Assembly: GCA_963745235.1 (NCBI GenBank)
Contig: CAVUXE010000052.1
Span: 64,001-128,000 of the forward strand
Direction: 5' to 3'
From: an uncultured Spirochaetota bacterium
GTDB lineage: Bacteria > Spirochaetota > Spirochaetia > SZUA-6 > Fen-1364
DNA: 64,000 nt
Part shown: piece after piece, positions 27,617 to 37,991 of the stretch
Layout of the letters: each line of letters begins with the position of its first letter
Position numbering within the stretch: the first letter of the stretch is position 1
Notes under the pieces: generated by a model
What the model was told of the DNA's origin: nothing
Seen by the model: the letters and a program-made list of their open reading frames with translations, nothing else
Databases searched by the model: none
Program-made: the position numbers and the translations under genes

Positions 27617-28873
27617 GTGGGCACAGCAGTCGGCAGGATAGAAAAAGAGTTCGTGTTCAAGGCCCTGATCGACGACGCAACTCCCTGCGATGTGCACGGC
27701 TCAGGCAAGGAGGCCAAATGTCGATTTTCCCAGGTCACTGAAGAACGTCTCGAAATGGTTCCCCTTGAAGGGGTCCTGCCGGGCTTCCAGGGGGGCGAAG
27801 AGGTCCGGGTTTTCTTCTATCTCAAGAACAACTACCACACCTTTGCCGCCCGGGTGATCGAGTCAAGCCCGGAGAGGATGGTGGTCCAGCACCCCCGGGG
27901 CGTGTACAAGAACCTCCAGAGGAAATACGAGCGCGTGAGGCCGGCGGAGGACATCCAGGTATCCTTCAGCCTGAAGGGCACCAAGATCGAGCTCAATTTC
28001 CCGAAGTCGGAGAGGTTCAGTCCCGTGGAGCCTCCTGAGATTTCTCCGGAGTTCGATTCGAGGCGGATCCAGGAGCTGGTCAGGGCGTTTCGGGAAAAAA
28101 TGAACACCATCGTGTCCGACAACAAGATCGTCATGATGCGGGATCGGCTGCCGCGTGCCTGGGAAGAGAAGGTCATGGTTCGGCTCGGAAAGTGCCTCTG
28201 GATCCCGTCCACCGACGAGGACTTCCCCGCAAAGGATCCGTTCCCTGATGAGCGGGTGATCACGAAGGCTGACCTCATCAGGCTGGAGGAAGAAAGCGGA
28301 GCGCAGCCCTACGTGATCACGGGCAAGCTGGGCAACATTCTCTATGAAAAGTTCAAGAAGGGCCTCTTCTCCGAGCTCTGGTGCCCGGTCCTCTACAACG
28401 AGTATGTGGTCGGTTTCCTTCATCTCTGGAACACCCTGGACAAGAAGAATCGGATCGGAAAAGACCTTCTTGAGTATGCGTGGCAGTTCGGCCGGATCCT
28501 CTGCTATTCCCTTGTCACCAACGGGTACTTCAAGGCGGAAAGCGCCACGGAAAGACGTTACGAAGCGCCGATAATCGACATGAGCGCTTCGGGGCTCCTT
28601 TTTGCGCACAGCTCGAGTGACCTCGTGCGCGACCTTCTGGTGCACACGGACCTCGACCTCACCGTGAGGCTTGGCAAGAGGACCTTCAAGGTCGGCGCCC
28701 GTGTCATGAGGAAGTTCAGGGATGCTGAGAATATCTATTTCGGCGTCCTCTTCCTGCGCGTGGATCCCGAGGACTTTGCCTTCCTCTTCGCGTACCTCTA
28801 CGGAAAACCCTTTGACCCGTTGTACGAGGGGGTGTGGGAAGGTGGCGCGCCTCCTCCTCCCCTGCAGATGTGA
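27617..28873 (+). CDS. Spirochete-type PilZ-domain protein (DUF1577-like), putative c-di-GMP receptor
   Basis: RxxxR 'QRKYERV' and DxSxxG 'DMSASG' motifs. Confidence 0.8.
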   Translation: MGTAVGRIEKEFVFKALIDDATPCDVHGSGKEAKCRFSQVTEERLEMVPLEGVLPGFQGGEEVRVFFYLKNNYHTFAARVIESSPERMVVQHPRGVYKNLQRKYERVRPAEDIQVSFSLKGTKIELNFPKSERFSPVEPPEISPEFDSRRIQELVRAFREKMNTIVSDNKIVMMRDRLPRAWEEKVMVRLGKCLWIPSTDEDFPAKDPFPDERVITKADLIRLEEESGAQPYVITGKLGNILYEKFKKGLFSELWCPVLYNEYVVGFLHLWNTLDKKNRIGKDLLEYAWQFGRILCYSLVTNGYFKAESATERRYEAPIIDMSASGLLFAHSSSDLVRDLLVHTDLDLTVRLGKRTFKVGARVMRKFRDAENIYFGVLFLRVDPEDFAFLFAYLYGKPFDPLYEGVWEGGAPPPPLQM

Positions 28874-29426
28874 CGCTATCGGCAGGGTCCTGATCCTTTT
28901 CCTTGCCGGCGCGCTGCTCCTTCTGCCCGGTCAGCTGCACGCAGAAGGAGGAAACGCCCCGGGACTCTACCGGGTTGACGTGGAGGGAGTCGGCAGCTGC
29001 TACGACGCGGACCTTTCCCTCATGCTCTCCGCATACGTCTTTGCATACCTGGATGCCGGAGCCCTTGAAGTGTCTTTTCCCCGGCCCCCTGCAGGAATCA
29101 AGGTCCGGGAGAGAGTGCAGCTTCTCGGGATCCTTGCGGCGGACTTCCCGGCCCAAGCCAGCCGCTACCTTGTGCGCGCGGTGATTGGGCGCAATGTCCT
29201 GCTGGCCTTCGATGGAGTTGAACGAAGCGCCTCGGGAGCGCTCCTTGCATACGTCTACCTGCCGGAGGACGGAACCTGCGTCAACCTCAAGCTGGTTCGC
29301 GACGGATATGCGCGCGTGGCCCCCGTTGATGTCCCCTTTCAGTTCAGGAGCGAGTTTGAAATGTACGAGCAGCAGGCACGGCTGAACCATACCGGGATCT
29401 GGGAGCAGCAGCTACCCCGGCATTGA
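28870..29426 (+). CDS. Thermonuclease (SNase)-like secreted protein; start uncertain
   Basis: 'RVQLLGI', 'LLAYVYL', 'VNLKLVRDGYARV', 'EQQARLNHTGIW'; some catalytic residues look substituted. Confidence 0.7.
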
Positions 29427-30188
29427 CGCGCTCAGCTCTTCCAGTAGCCGCAAGGACTGATTGCAGTCTTCGACGAATGCGCACAGGTATTTTTCTTTTT
29501 CCGTGAAATCGCTGATGAATGCGGAGAGGTCGTCCACCAGGTCCTGTCCACGGTCAACCAGGCCGCGGGCATTCTGCCCGCACGCGAGCCGGAGCCATCG
29601 CAGGGCGATGGTTCTCAGCAGTGGAAACAGAACGGACGGGGGCGCCACCATGATGCCACGTTCTGAAAGGTCCCGGCAGTTCACGCGGCTGAGCTCTCGA
29701 GGCACATACACCATTGTCAATCCGCGCCTGGCGTGGCCTGCGTCGCGCGCGGGGATCTCTTTGAGCGCTTCGTAAAGATCTGCCTCGCATTGCCTGCCGC
29801 CGCGGAGACGGCCGTCCACAAGAATGGTTTCCCCGCCGGGCTCATGAATGACCAGGTCGACGTTGTCACCGGCCTCCCGCCTGATAATGTCGACATGGTC
29901 TTTCATGCCGCAAAGCTCCGCTGCCTCTGCAAGGGAGATGTCCTGATCCGTGGGGTTCTCTACGGGAAGCGTCTGCGAAAGTGAGCCGCGCATTGCGCGA
30001 AGCTCCTCAGAGAGCCCGGCGAGGCGCCCGCGGACCTCCCTGCATTTTCCTTCAAGGCCGCTGACTTTTTCCTCGAACTGCCCTATCTCCCGGGCGAGTG
30101 TCCGGATGAGCAGCTCTGAGTCCTGCCCTCCAACCATTCCTTCTGCTCCATTACTGGCCGCCCTCATTCCGCGGCCATGAAGCAGCAC
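29412..30188 (-). CDS. Divergent RmuC-like protein
   Basis: Coiled coil, 'ELCGMKDHVD', 'DLVIHEPGG..ILVD', 'MVYVP', 'IMVAPPSVLFPLLRTI'. Confidence 0.55.
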   Translation of the reverse strand: MLLHGRGMRAASNGAEGMVGGQDSELLIRTLAREIGQFEEKVSGLEGKCREVRGRLAGLSEELRAMRGSLSQTLPVENPTDQDISLAEAAELCGMKDHVDIIRREAGDNVDLVIHEPGGETILVDGRLRGGRQCEADLYEALKEIPARDAGHARRGLTMVYVPRELSRVNCRDLSERGIMVAPPSVLFPLLRTIALRWLRLACGQNARGLVDRGQDLVDDLSAFISDFTEKEKYLCAFVEDCNQSLRLLEELSASMPG

Positions 30189-30268
30189 ACTTGTTGTTGA
30201 TTCCGATAGTACACGCCTGCGCGGAAATCCGCAACCAAAAAAAAGAGCGGTAGGAACGCTTGTGTTTC

Positions 30269-30297
30269 TTGACAGCGCTTCCGGGCGGATTTATAAT
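30269..30297 (+). promoter_or_regulatory. Consensus sigma70 promoter of the hydrogenase operon
   Basis: Perfect TTGACA-N17-TATAAT, about 110 nt upstream of ATG 30408. Confidence 0.85.
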
Positions 30298-30407
30298 GCC
30301 CGTAAATAATGTGAACGCGTGTGCTGGAGCGAGTCAGGCACCGTTTGTCGGTTCAACAGCTAACCCCACCGCGATAATCTGAGGCTTTCAACGAAGAGGG
30401 TTACTGT

Positions 30408-30905
30408 ATGGCCATACAGGCGTTGGTGCTGGCCAGCATGCTCCTCTGTGCCGTCCAGGCAATCAGATCAGAAAGGCTCCTTGTCTCTGCTCTCTGGCTC
30501 GCGGGGTGCAGCGCCCTGCTGGGGGTGGCGCTCGCGCTGCTTGGAGCTCCCGAGGTGGGCGTCATCGAGCTATCCGTGGGCGCCGGGCTGGTCACTGTCA
30601 TATTCGTCTTTGCCATCAGCATCGCCGGCGAGGAGCCCGCCGCGTACAGAAGCGTCGTTCCGCGCTCCCTGGCGTGGGTGCTCATGACTCTTTTCTTCGT
30701 CCTGCTGGTGTTCCTGGTAGTGCCGCGCCTGGTGGCCCCCGCCCTGGCGCCGCAGTCCCAGTCTGTGGTCCGGGCAGTGTGGGAAATGCGCGCCCTGGAC
30801 ACGCTTCTGCAGGTGACGCTCATTTTCTGCGGAGTGCTCGGGTCCCTTGGGCTGTTGGCGGAGCCTCGGGCGGTTGTTTCGGCGGTGAAGGGGGGCGCGC
30901 CATGA
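30408..30905 (+). CDS. Hydrogenase membrane subunit, MbhD/DUF4040 (NuoJ/MnhB-like)
   Basis: 'LGAPEVGVIELSVGAGL', 'WEMRALDTLLQ'. Confidence 0.8.
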   Translation: MAIQALVLASMLLCAVQAIRSERLLVSALWLAGCSALLGVALALLGAPEVGVIELSVGAGLVTVIFVFAISIAGEEPAAYRSVVPRSLAWVLMTLFFVLLVFLVVPRLVAPALAPQSQSVVRAVWEMRALDTLLQVTLIFCGVLGSLGLLAEPRAVVSAVKGGAP

Positions 30906-31216
30906 GCGGCGTTTCCATCTGGAGCATCTCACTGGTTGCCGTGTTCGCGCTGGTCATGACTGGATTGTACGGCCTTCTGATCCTCCGCAACCTGATCAAG
31001 ATCGTCGTTTCGCTCCAGATATTCGCAAAGGGAACGATCCTGATCATGGTGGTTGCCGGAGGCATGCAGGGGCAACCCGGAGTCGGTTCGAGCCTCGCCA
31101 TCACGGTGATCGTCGCGGATACCGTGGTGACCGTCATAGCCCTGGCGCTCGCGATCCAGGTTCGCCGGTATTGCGGCACGCTGGATTCCCGGGCCATCTC
31201 GAGCCTCAAGAGATGA
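30902..31216 (+). CDS. Hydrogenase membrane subunit, NuoK/MnhC-like
   Basis: 'GLYGLLILRNLIKIVVSLQI', three TM helices. Confidence 0.85.
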   Translation: MSGVSIWSISLVAVFALVMTGLYGLLILRNLIKIVVSLQIFAKGTILIMVVAGGMQGQPGVGSSLAITVIVADTVVTVIALALAIQVRRYCGTLDSRAISSLKR

Positions 31217-32975
31217 GAATGGACACCTCGCTGCTTTTCCCGCTGGCCATCTTTCTCCCCTGGGTTGGCGCGCTTGCCGTGCTGGCAGTCGGGCGGGACG
31301 GCGGCCTTCGCACGGCGCTTGCCATTGGTTTCGCGGCCGCTGAGGGGCTGGTGAGCGTTGCCCTGATCCCGCTTGCCGGCAGCGCCACGGCCTTTTCTGT
31401 TTCCATCGGCGGAATATTCGGTGACTTCAGCCTCGTCGGGGACGGACTGGGCGTGTTCCTGGCGGCTGTCGCGGCCGTGGTTGGATGCCTCGCGGTCGTT
31501 TTTTCCGTGGACTACATGCGCGGTGAAGAGAGCCTGGGCCGCTACTACGCCCTCGTGCTCTTCTTCATTGGCTCCATGGTCGGGCTTGTCCTCTCCTCGA
31601 ACCTCCTCATGGTCGTCGTCTTCTGGGAAATCACGGCGTTTTGCTCGTATGCGCTTATCTCGTTCCACAGCGATGATCCCAAGGCGGTAGCCGGAGGCAT
31701 CAAGGCGCTGATCGTTACGGGGCTGGGCGGTGTCGGCCTGCTGGGAGGCGCATTCCTGATCCACGCACAGATTGGCACCTTCGACCTTCCCACATTCCTC
31801 TCCCGGGCCGGCGCCATGCGCCCCGACCTCCTTGCCTGGGTCGCATTCGCATTTCTGGCCGCCGCCGCGGCCAAGTCAGCGCAGTTCCCGTTTCAGACGT
31901 GGCTGCCGGACGCCATGGAAGCCCCTACCCCGATCTCCGCCCTGATTCATGCCGCTACAATGGTAAATGCAGGAGTCTACCTCCTGGCGCGCGTGTATCC
32001 TGCCTGCAGCGGCGTCACCGGCTGGTCCACCACCGTGGTTGCGGTAGGCGCGGTGTCAGCGATCCTGGCGGCCATCATGGCCGTTGCATCGACAGACCTG
32101 AAGCGGGTCCTCGCCTACTCCACCGTGAGCCAGCTCGGATTCATGGTCTTCTCCATCGGCTCTGGCGGTCTTTTCCAGAGCCAGTTTCACCTCCTCAGCC
32201 ACTCCCTGTTCAAGGCCCTGCTTTTCCTCGGCGCGGGCGCGGTCATCCATGCCGTGGGAACGCGTGACATGCGCGCCATGGGCGGTCTCTCCAGAAAGAT
32301 GCCGCTCACGTGCACCGTGTTCATCATGGGCGCGCTGGCCCTTGCCGGTGTCCTGCCGGTCAACGGCTTCTGGAGCAAGGAACTGATACTGGAGGCCGGC
32401 AAGCTGCACGCGCCTTCGGCGGCGTCTATCGTCATGATGGTCACGGTCGGGCTGACGGCGCTCTACAGCGCCCGCTGCGTATGGATGGTTTTCTTCGCCC
32501 GTGCCGCGGCCGAGCCCCATGCCCACGAGGCCGGCCCGGAATGCAGGTTGCGCTCATCCCGCTTGCGGCGGGAACTCTGGTGAGCTGGCTCCTCGCGGGG
32601 CCGTTCCAGTCCCTGCTTGCCCGCACCCTCCCCCTGCATTTCGGCGGCGCACCCGTGATCCGCGGCACGCGGGAGATTGCGCAGGAGGTCCTCAACTCAC
32701 CGGGAACGTTGGTTGCAATGGGCGTGGTCGCGGTCGGTGTCCTTGCCTGGGTGCTCTGGCGGACACTCATCCGCACGGCGGACAGGCTCGAGCCCGCGCG
32801 AAAAGCGGCTGAAGCTGGTCTGGGGTTCGAAGCTTTGAACAGGGGCATCACGCGCGCCGTTCAATGGTCGGGGGAGAAACTTCGCGTGACGCAATCCGGC
32901 GTCCTCAACTGGAACGTGGCTGGAATCGTCATGGCCGTCGTGGCCGTCCTGGCCATCCTGGCAGCAGGAGGGTGA
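31213..32975 (+). CDS. Antiporter-like subunit NuoL/MrpA (frameshift near 32540)
   Basis: 'KSAQFPFQTWLPDAMEAPTPISALIHAATMV', 'KRVLAYSTVSQLG', 'HSLFKALLFL'. Confidence 0.9.
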
Positions 32976-32976
32976 C

Positions 32977-34569
32977 ATGAGCTGGCCTCCTTTCGTCTGG
33001 CTCATGCTGCTCCCCATCGTCTCTTCTCCTTTCGTCTACATCGTTGGACGGCTCCTCCAGAGATCACTGGAGGGTCTTGAAGCGCACGGAGGCATCCCCG
33101 CGACTCGGCTCGGCGTCCATCCGGGAAGGAAGTGGAGGTCGAACCCGGTCCGATGGGTCAGCCTCGCAATCCTGCTCTGCACGCTGGTCCCGCTCGTTCT
33201 TGCCGGACGCGAATTGGCGCAGGGAAAAGTGGCGCAATTCTCGTACGGGATCATTGCGCTCAGATTCGACGGGATCAGCTTCCTGCTCGCGGCGGCCGTG
33301 CTTTCCCTTGGGGTCCTGGTTTCCCTCTTCTCCGGGCCGTACATCGGCCACGAAGGAGGGCAGGAGAAATATCACGCCCTGCTCAACACCATGATCGGTG
33401 CGATGATAGGCCTCGGGTGCGCTTCGGACCTGTTCAACCTGTGGGTCTGGTTCGAGACCGCGGCCGTGGCTTCCTACATGCTCGTTTCCTATCACGCGCA
33501 GCAGCCGTCAAGCCTCGAGGCTGGAGTGAAATACCTCGTCCAGAACTCGGTGGGCTCCATGCTCGTCCTCATCGGAATCGGGCTGGTGTTCGCCGAAGCG
33601 GGCACACTGGACCTGCCCGCGCTGAAGGCCCTGGCGGGCGGGGCCGCGCCGGGGCCCGGACGGCTTCCGCTGCTGGCGGCCGGCGCGCTTTTTTCAGTCG
33701 GCTTTGGAGTGAAGATCGCTATCGTTCCCATGCATACGTGGCTCCCGGATGCGCACTCCCAGGCGCCAAGTGGAATCAGCGCCGTCCTTTCGGGGGTGGT
33801 CATTGAAACCGGGCTCGTGGCGCTCCTGCGGGCGCTTTCCGTGGTGTCAGGCGCGTCGGTGAGCTGGGGACCGCTCCTCCTGGCCTTCGGGTGCGTGAAC
33901 ATGCTGGTCGGGAACCTGCTTGCCCTCAGGCAGACCCAGGTGAAACGCCTCCTTGCCTTTTCCAGCCTCAGCCATATGGGCTACATGCTCCTTGGGCTCG
34001 GAACCGCAATCACCTTCCGACAGCTCGGCGGCGCGCAGGGAGGGTTTTTTCATCTTCTCACTCACGCCATGATGAAAGGGCTCGCGTTCCTTTCAGCGGG
34101 GGCGTTCCTGTACGTGTTTCGCATCTCCCGTGGCCAGCAGGGTCCCCTGATGGCGGAGGACCTGGCAGGGGCGGCGCGAAAATACCCGTTGCCCGCCCTC
34201 GCATTCAGCGTAGCGCTTCTTGGATTAGGCGGGCTTCCACCGTTTGCGGGCTTCATGTCGAAGTGGCAGATCTTCGCGGCAGGATTCAGCACGGGAAACG
34301 CTCTTATGGCAGCCCTTGTCGTCTTCGCTTTGCTCAACAGCCTGCTTTCCCTCGCCTACTATGCGCCGCTGGTGAACGTCATGTACCGAAGAGAGCCTTC
34401 AACCGCGGTAAGGGCCGGGACGCGCGTCCCGCCGGCAATGGCAGTTACCATGATCATCCTCATCCTGTCGGTGCTGGCTTTCGGTGTCTGGCCCGCCCTG
34501 GCCGCAGGAGTGACGGCGCCCGCGGGGCAGACCGTGCTTGACCTTTTTGCAGGAACGGGAGGCATGTGA
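32977..34569 (+). CDS. Antiporter-like subunit NuoN/MrpD-like
   Basis: 'DLFNLWVWFE', 'EAGVKY', 'PMHTWLPDAHSQAP', 'GLPPFAGFMSKW'. Confidence 0.9.
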   Translation: MSWPPFVWLMLLPIVSSPFVYIVGRLLQRSLEGLEAHGGIPATRLGVHPGRKWRSNPVRWVSLAILLCTLVPLVLAGRELAQGKVAQFSYGIIALRFDGISFLLAAAVLSLGVLVSLFSGPYIGHEGGQEKYHALLNTMIGAMIGLGCASDLFNLWVWFETAAVASYMLVSYHAQQPSSLEAGVKYLVQNSVGSMLVLIGIGLVFAEAGTLDLPALKALAGGAAPGPGRLPLLAAGALFSVGFGVKIAIVPMHTWLPDAHSQAPSGISAVLSGVVIETGLVALLRALSVVSGASVSWGPLLLAFGCVNMLVGNLLALRQTQVKRLLAFSSLSHMGYMLLGLGTAITFRQLGGAQGGFFHLLTHAMMKGLAFLSAGAFLYVFRISRGQQGPLMAEDLAGAARKYPLPALAFSVALLGLGGLPPFAGFMSKWQIFAAGFSTGNALMAALVVFALLNSLLSLAYYAPLVNVMYRREPSTAVRAGTRVPPAMAVTMIILILSVLAFGVWPALAAGVTAPAGQTVLDLFAGTGGM

Positions 34570-34570
34570 C

Positions 34571-34883
34571 ATGGTGCATCCATTCTCACCGCCGGTGGCC
34601 TTCGCCGTGTACCTGGCGCTCGCCGCAATTCTGCTTGCGATTGCCGGCGCCGCCGCGGCAAGGGGCAAGGCGAGTGACCTGAAGACCGCCGTGTATGGGA
34701 GCGGTGAGGCGGCCCGGTCCAGCGCCGCTTCCCCCGGCTACCGGCCGTTTTTCATGACGGCGTTCTTTTTCGCGATGCTCCACCTTGGCGTGGTCATTGT
34801 CGGCAGTGGAGGTCTCACTATAATGACAGGCGCCTACATTGCCGGGTCTGATTCTTTCTTTGGTTGCCCTGGCCCTGGGCTGA
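34571..34883 (+). CDS. NuoA-like small membrane subunit (frameshift near 34846)
   Basis: TM, then 'KTAVYGSGE', 'YRPFFMTAFFFAMLH', third TM ending at TGA 34883. Confidence 0.65.
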
Positions 34884-34899
34884 AGGGAAAGGAGGACCC

Positions 34900-35400
34900 G
34901 TGCCCGCGCAGATTCCGCGATCTCTCAGGGGTATTGTGGACCGCATAGCGCTCTGGTCCCGGATCAATTCCCCGTGGCTCGTGCATTTCAACAGCGGGTC
35001 GTGTAATGGATGCGACATCGAGATACTTGCCACCCTTGCGCCGCGGTATGACCTGGAAAGGCTCGGGGTCAAGCTCTGGGGGTCGCCCCGGCACGCTGAC
35101 GTCCTGGTCTGCACCGGGCCGGTGACCCGCCAGTCCCGGGACAGGCTCTTTCGGACCTATGAACAGATGCCGGCCCCCAAGTTCGTCGTTGCGGTGGGGT
35201 CCTGCGGGATCACGGGCGGAGCCTTCCACGGTTGCTACAATATCGTCGGCGACATCGGAGACATCATTCCCGTGGACGTCTACATCCCGGGCTGCCCTCC
35301 GCGGCCAGAGGCGATCATAGACGGCGTTGTGCAGCTCCTGACAAAGCTGAGGGCAAGCGCGGTCGTGCAATCTCCCCTGCGAATGGAGGCCAAAGCATGA
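34900..35400 (+). CDS. Group 4 [NiFe]-hydrogenase small subunit (NuoB-like)
   Basis: AGGAGG SD; 'GSCNGCDIE', 'SPRHADVL', 'GSC', 'PGCPPRPE'. Confidence 0.92.
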   Translation: MPAQIPRSLRGIVDRIALWSRINSPWLVHFNSGSCNGCDIEILATLAPRYDLERLGVKLWGSPRHADVLVCTGPVTRQSRDRLFRTYEQMPAPKFVVAVGSCGITGGAFHGCYNIVGDIGDIIPVDVYIPGCPPRPEAIIDGVVQLLTKLRASAVVQSPLRMEAKA

Positions 35401-37062
35401 GCACGGGCAGCGAGATGGAAGCGGTTCCTCAGCTTGTGACACGGCTGGGCAGGGCACAGCCGGGCAGGTGACAACAGGCTCAGCGTGGAGCTGGCCGTTG
35501 AGCATCTCCCGGCTGCTGTCGAAGCGCTGACCAAGGCGAGATGGGGCTACCTTTCCGCCATCACCGGCCTGGATCGCACGCCGGGGGAGACGGAAGGAGC
35601 GGACAGCGGCGAATCGGCGCCCCCCCGACGAGCTCAGTTCGAGGCGCTGTATCACTTCTGCCGGGGCGCAACCGTGCTCACCCTGAGAGTGAAGGCATCA
35701 GGAGAAAACCCGACACTGCCCAGCATCACGGCTGTCGCTCCCGGAGCCATCCTCCAGGAGCGTGAGCTCGCCGAGGTATTCGGCATGCATATCACGAACC
35801 TCCCGGCGCGCGGAAGGCTTCTGCTGTCAGAGGACTGGCCCGAGAACCTCTTCCCGATGCGCAAGAAGAACACGCCGGAGGCCATCCGCGCGAGGATCTC
35901 CGAGCCTCCCCCGGCGCCTCTGCCGGCTTCCTCGCCCGAGCGGCCGGGCAGGTTCGTGGTGCCTATCGGCCCGCAGCATCCCGCGCTCAAGGAGCCCGCG
36001 CACTTCGAGCTCGAAGTCGATGGGGAGATCGTCAAGGACGTGTCGCTGCGGCTCGGCTACGTGCACAGGGGAATAGAGAAAGCCGCTGAGAGCAGGTCGT
36101 GGATCCACAACCTCTACCTCATGGAACGGATCTGCGGCATCTGTTCGCATATCCACGCCACCGCATACGCCCTTGGCGTCGAGCAGTTGGCGGGCATCAC
36201 CGCGCCCCCGCGGGCGCAGGCCATCAGGGTCCTGTTTGCCGAGATGGAACGGATCCACAGTCACCTCCTCTGGCTGGGGGTGGCCGCCCATCAGGCGGGG
36301 TTCGACACGCTGTTCATGTTCACCTGGCGGGACCGTGAGACCATCATGAACCTGCTGGACGAGGTGAGCGGCAACCGCGTGAACTATTCGGTGAACGTGC
36401 TGGGAGGGGTCAAGTACGACATCGATGATCCGCGGGCGGATGCCATCCGCCGCGGCGTGGACAGCCTGGAACGGCGGATCCACCATTACCTGGATATCGT
36501 CACAGCGGATGAAAGCTTCCTGAGAAGAACACGGGGAGTCGGGGTTTTCCCGACGGAGAAGGCTGATGTCCTGGGAGTCGTCGGCCCCACTGCACGGGCG
36601 TCAGGGATCCTGCGGGATGTGCGCGTGGACGCGCCCTACAGCGCCTACAGGGATTTCCCCGTGACCCCGGTTACGGATCAGGGATGCGACCTCGCCGCGA
36701 GGTTTGTCGTTCGGATCAAGGAGCTTTTCGAATGCTGCCGTCTGATCAGAGCCATTCTGGGCTCCTTCCCACCGGGAGAGCTTCGCGTGGACGTCCCCCG
36801 ACGCATCCCGGAGGGCGAGGTGATCAGCCGGGTGGAGGCGCCGCGGGGGGAGCTCTTTTACTACCTGAGGAGCGCGGGCGGACCAATGCCTGACCGGGTG
36901 AAAGTGCGCACTCCGAGCCTCGCAAACTGGGCCTACGTCCTGAGCGTTGCCGTCGGCCTCAAGCTGGCAGACATCCCCATGGTGGTGGTCGGCATCGACC
37001 CGTGCTTCTCCTGCAACGACAGGATGTTCAGCGTCCACCAGGTCGGGAGGAATGCCGAGTGA
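35397..37062 (+). CDS. Group 4 [NiFe]-hydrogenase large subunit fused to NuoC-like domain (frameshift near 35440)
   Basis: NuoC-like 'ERELAEVFG...WPENLFPMRK'; 'GPQHP', 'HRGIE'; Ni ligands 'ERICGICSHIH' and 'DPCFSCNDR'. Confidence 0.92.
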
Positions 37063-37991
37063 AAAGCCTGCTGGCCGTCATGGCGTATCTTATTTTCCCC
37101 GGGGGCCTTTTCGTGGTCGTAGGAAGCCTGGCCTATGAATACGTGGATCGCAAGCTCATCGCGAGGTTCCAGAATCGAGTAGGCCCCCGCTGGTTTCAGC
37201 CGCTGGCGGACTTCGTGAAGCTGCTCGTGAAAGAGGAAATAATACCGCAGGGCGTGAACCCGGGCCTGTTCGTCTGGCTGCCGGTTGTGGCGCTCGCCGC
37301 CGCGCTTGCCACGGCGTTGTACGTCCCCATGGCTGGCCTGAACCCGACCTGGAGCTTCCGGGGGGACGTTGTCGCAACAGTCTACCTTCTCATGATGATG
37401 ACGCTGTGCATCGGGCTGGCGGGGGCAAACACGTCGGACAGGTTCTCCGTCATTGGAGCCGTCCGCGCGCTGACGCAGCTTTTCTCCTACGAAGCCCCAT
37501 TCCTCCTGGCACTCCTCGGACCCGCGGTGGTGGCGGGAAGCTGGAGGATCGCGGATATCAACGCGTTCGCCCAGGAAAGGCTCTGGATGATCGTCACGCA
37601 GCCCCTGGGCTTCCTGGTGGCTCTCATCGGGCTCATGGGAAAGCTCGAGCTGTCGCCGTTTGACGCTCCGGAGGCTGAGACAGAGATCGTCTCCGGTGCC
37701 CTCACCGAATACAGCGGTCGAGGTCTCGCATTTTTCCGCCTGGGCAGGGACATCGAGCTTTTCGTCGGTCTCACCCTGATCTCCGCCTTCTACCTGGGCG
37801 GTCTGGCCAATCCGCTCCAGTTCCTGGTGAAGACCCTCGCGCTCCTGTTTGTGACCGCGGGGCTGCAGTCCCTCTTCGCGCGGCTGCGAATCGACCAGAC
37901 CGTCGGCCTCTGGTGGCGGATCGGTGCCCTGCTGGCCCTCACCCAGCTGCTGATCCTGATCGGGCTGAAGACACTGGGGGTGGCCATATGA
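37059..37991 (+). CDS. NuoH/HycD-like membrane subunit
   Basis: 'RKLIARFQNRVGP..QPLADFVKL', 'PFDAPEAETEIVSG..TEYSG'. Confidence 0.92.
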   Translation: MKSLLAVMAYLIFPGGLFVVVGSLAYEYVDRKLIARFQNRVGPRWFQPLADFVKLLVKEEIIPQGVNPGLFVWLPVVALAAALATALYVPMAGLNPTWSFRGDVVATVYLLMMMTLCIGLAGANTSDRFSVIGAVRALTQLFSYEAPFLLALLGPAVVAGSWRIADINAFAQERLWMIVTQPLGFLVALIGLMGKLELSPFDAPEAETEIVSGALTEYSGRGLAFFRLGRDIELFVGLTLISAFYLGGLANPLQFLVKTLALLFVTAGLQSLFARLRIDQTVGLWWRIGALLALTQLLILIGLKTLGVAI

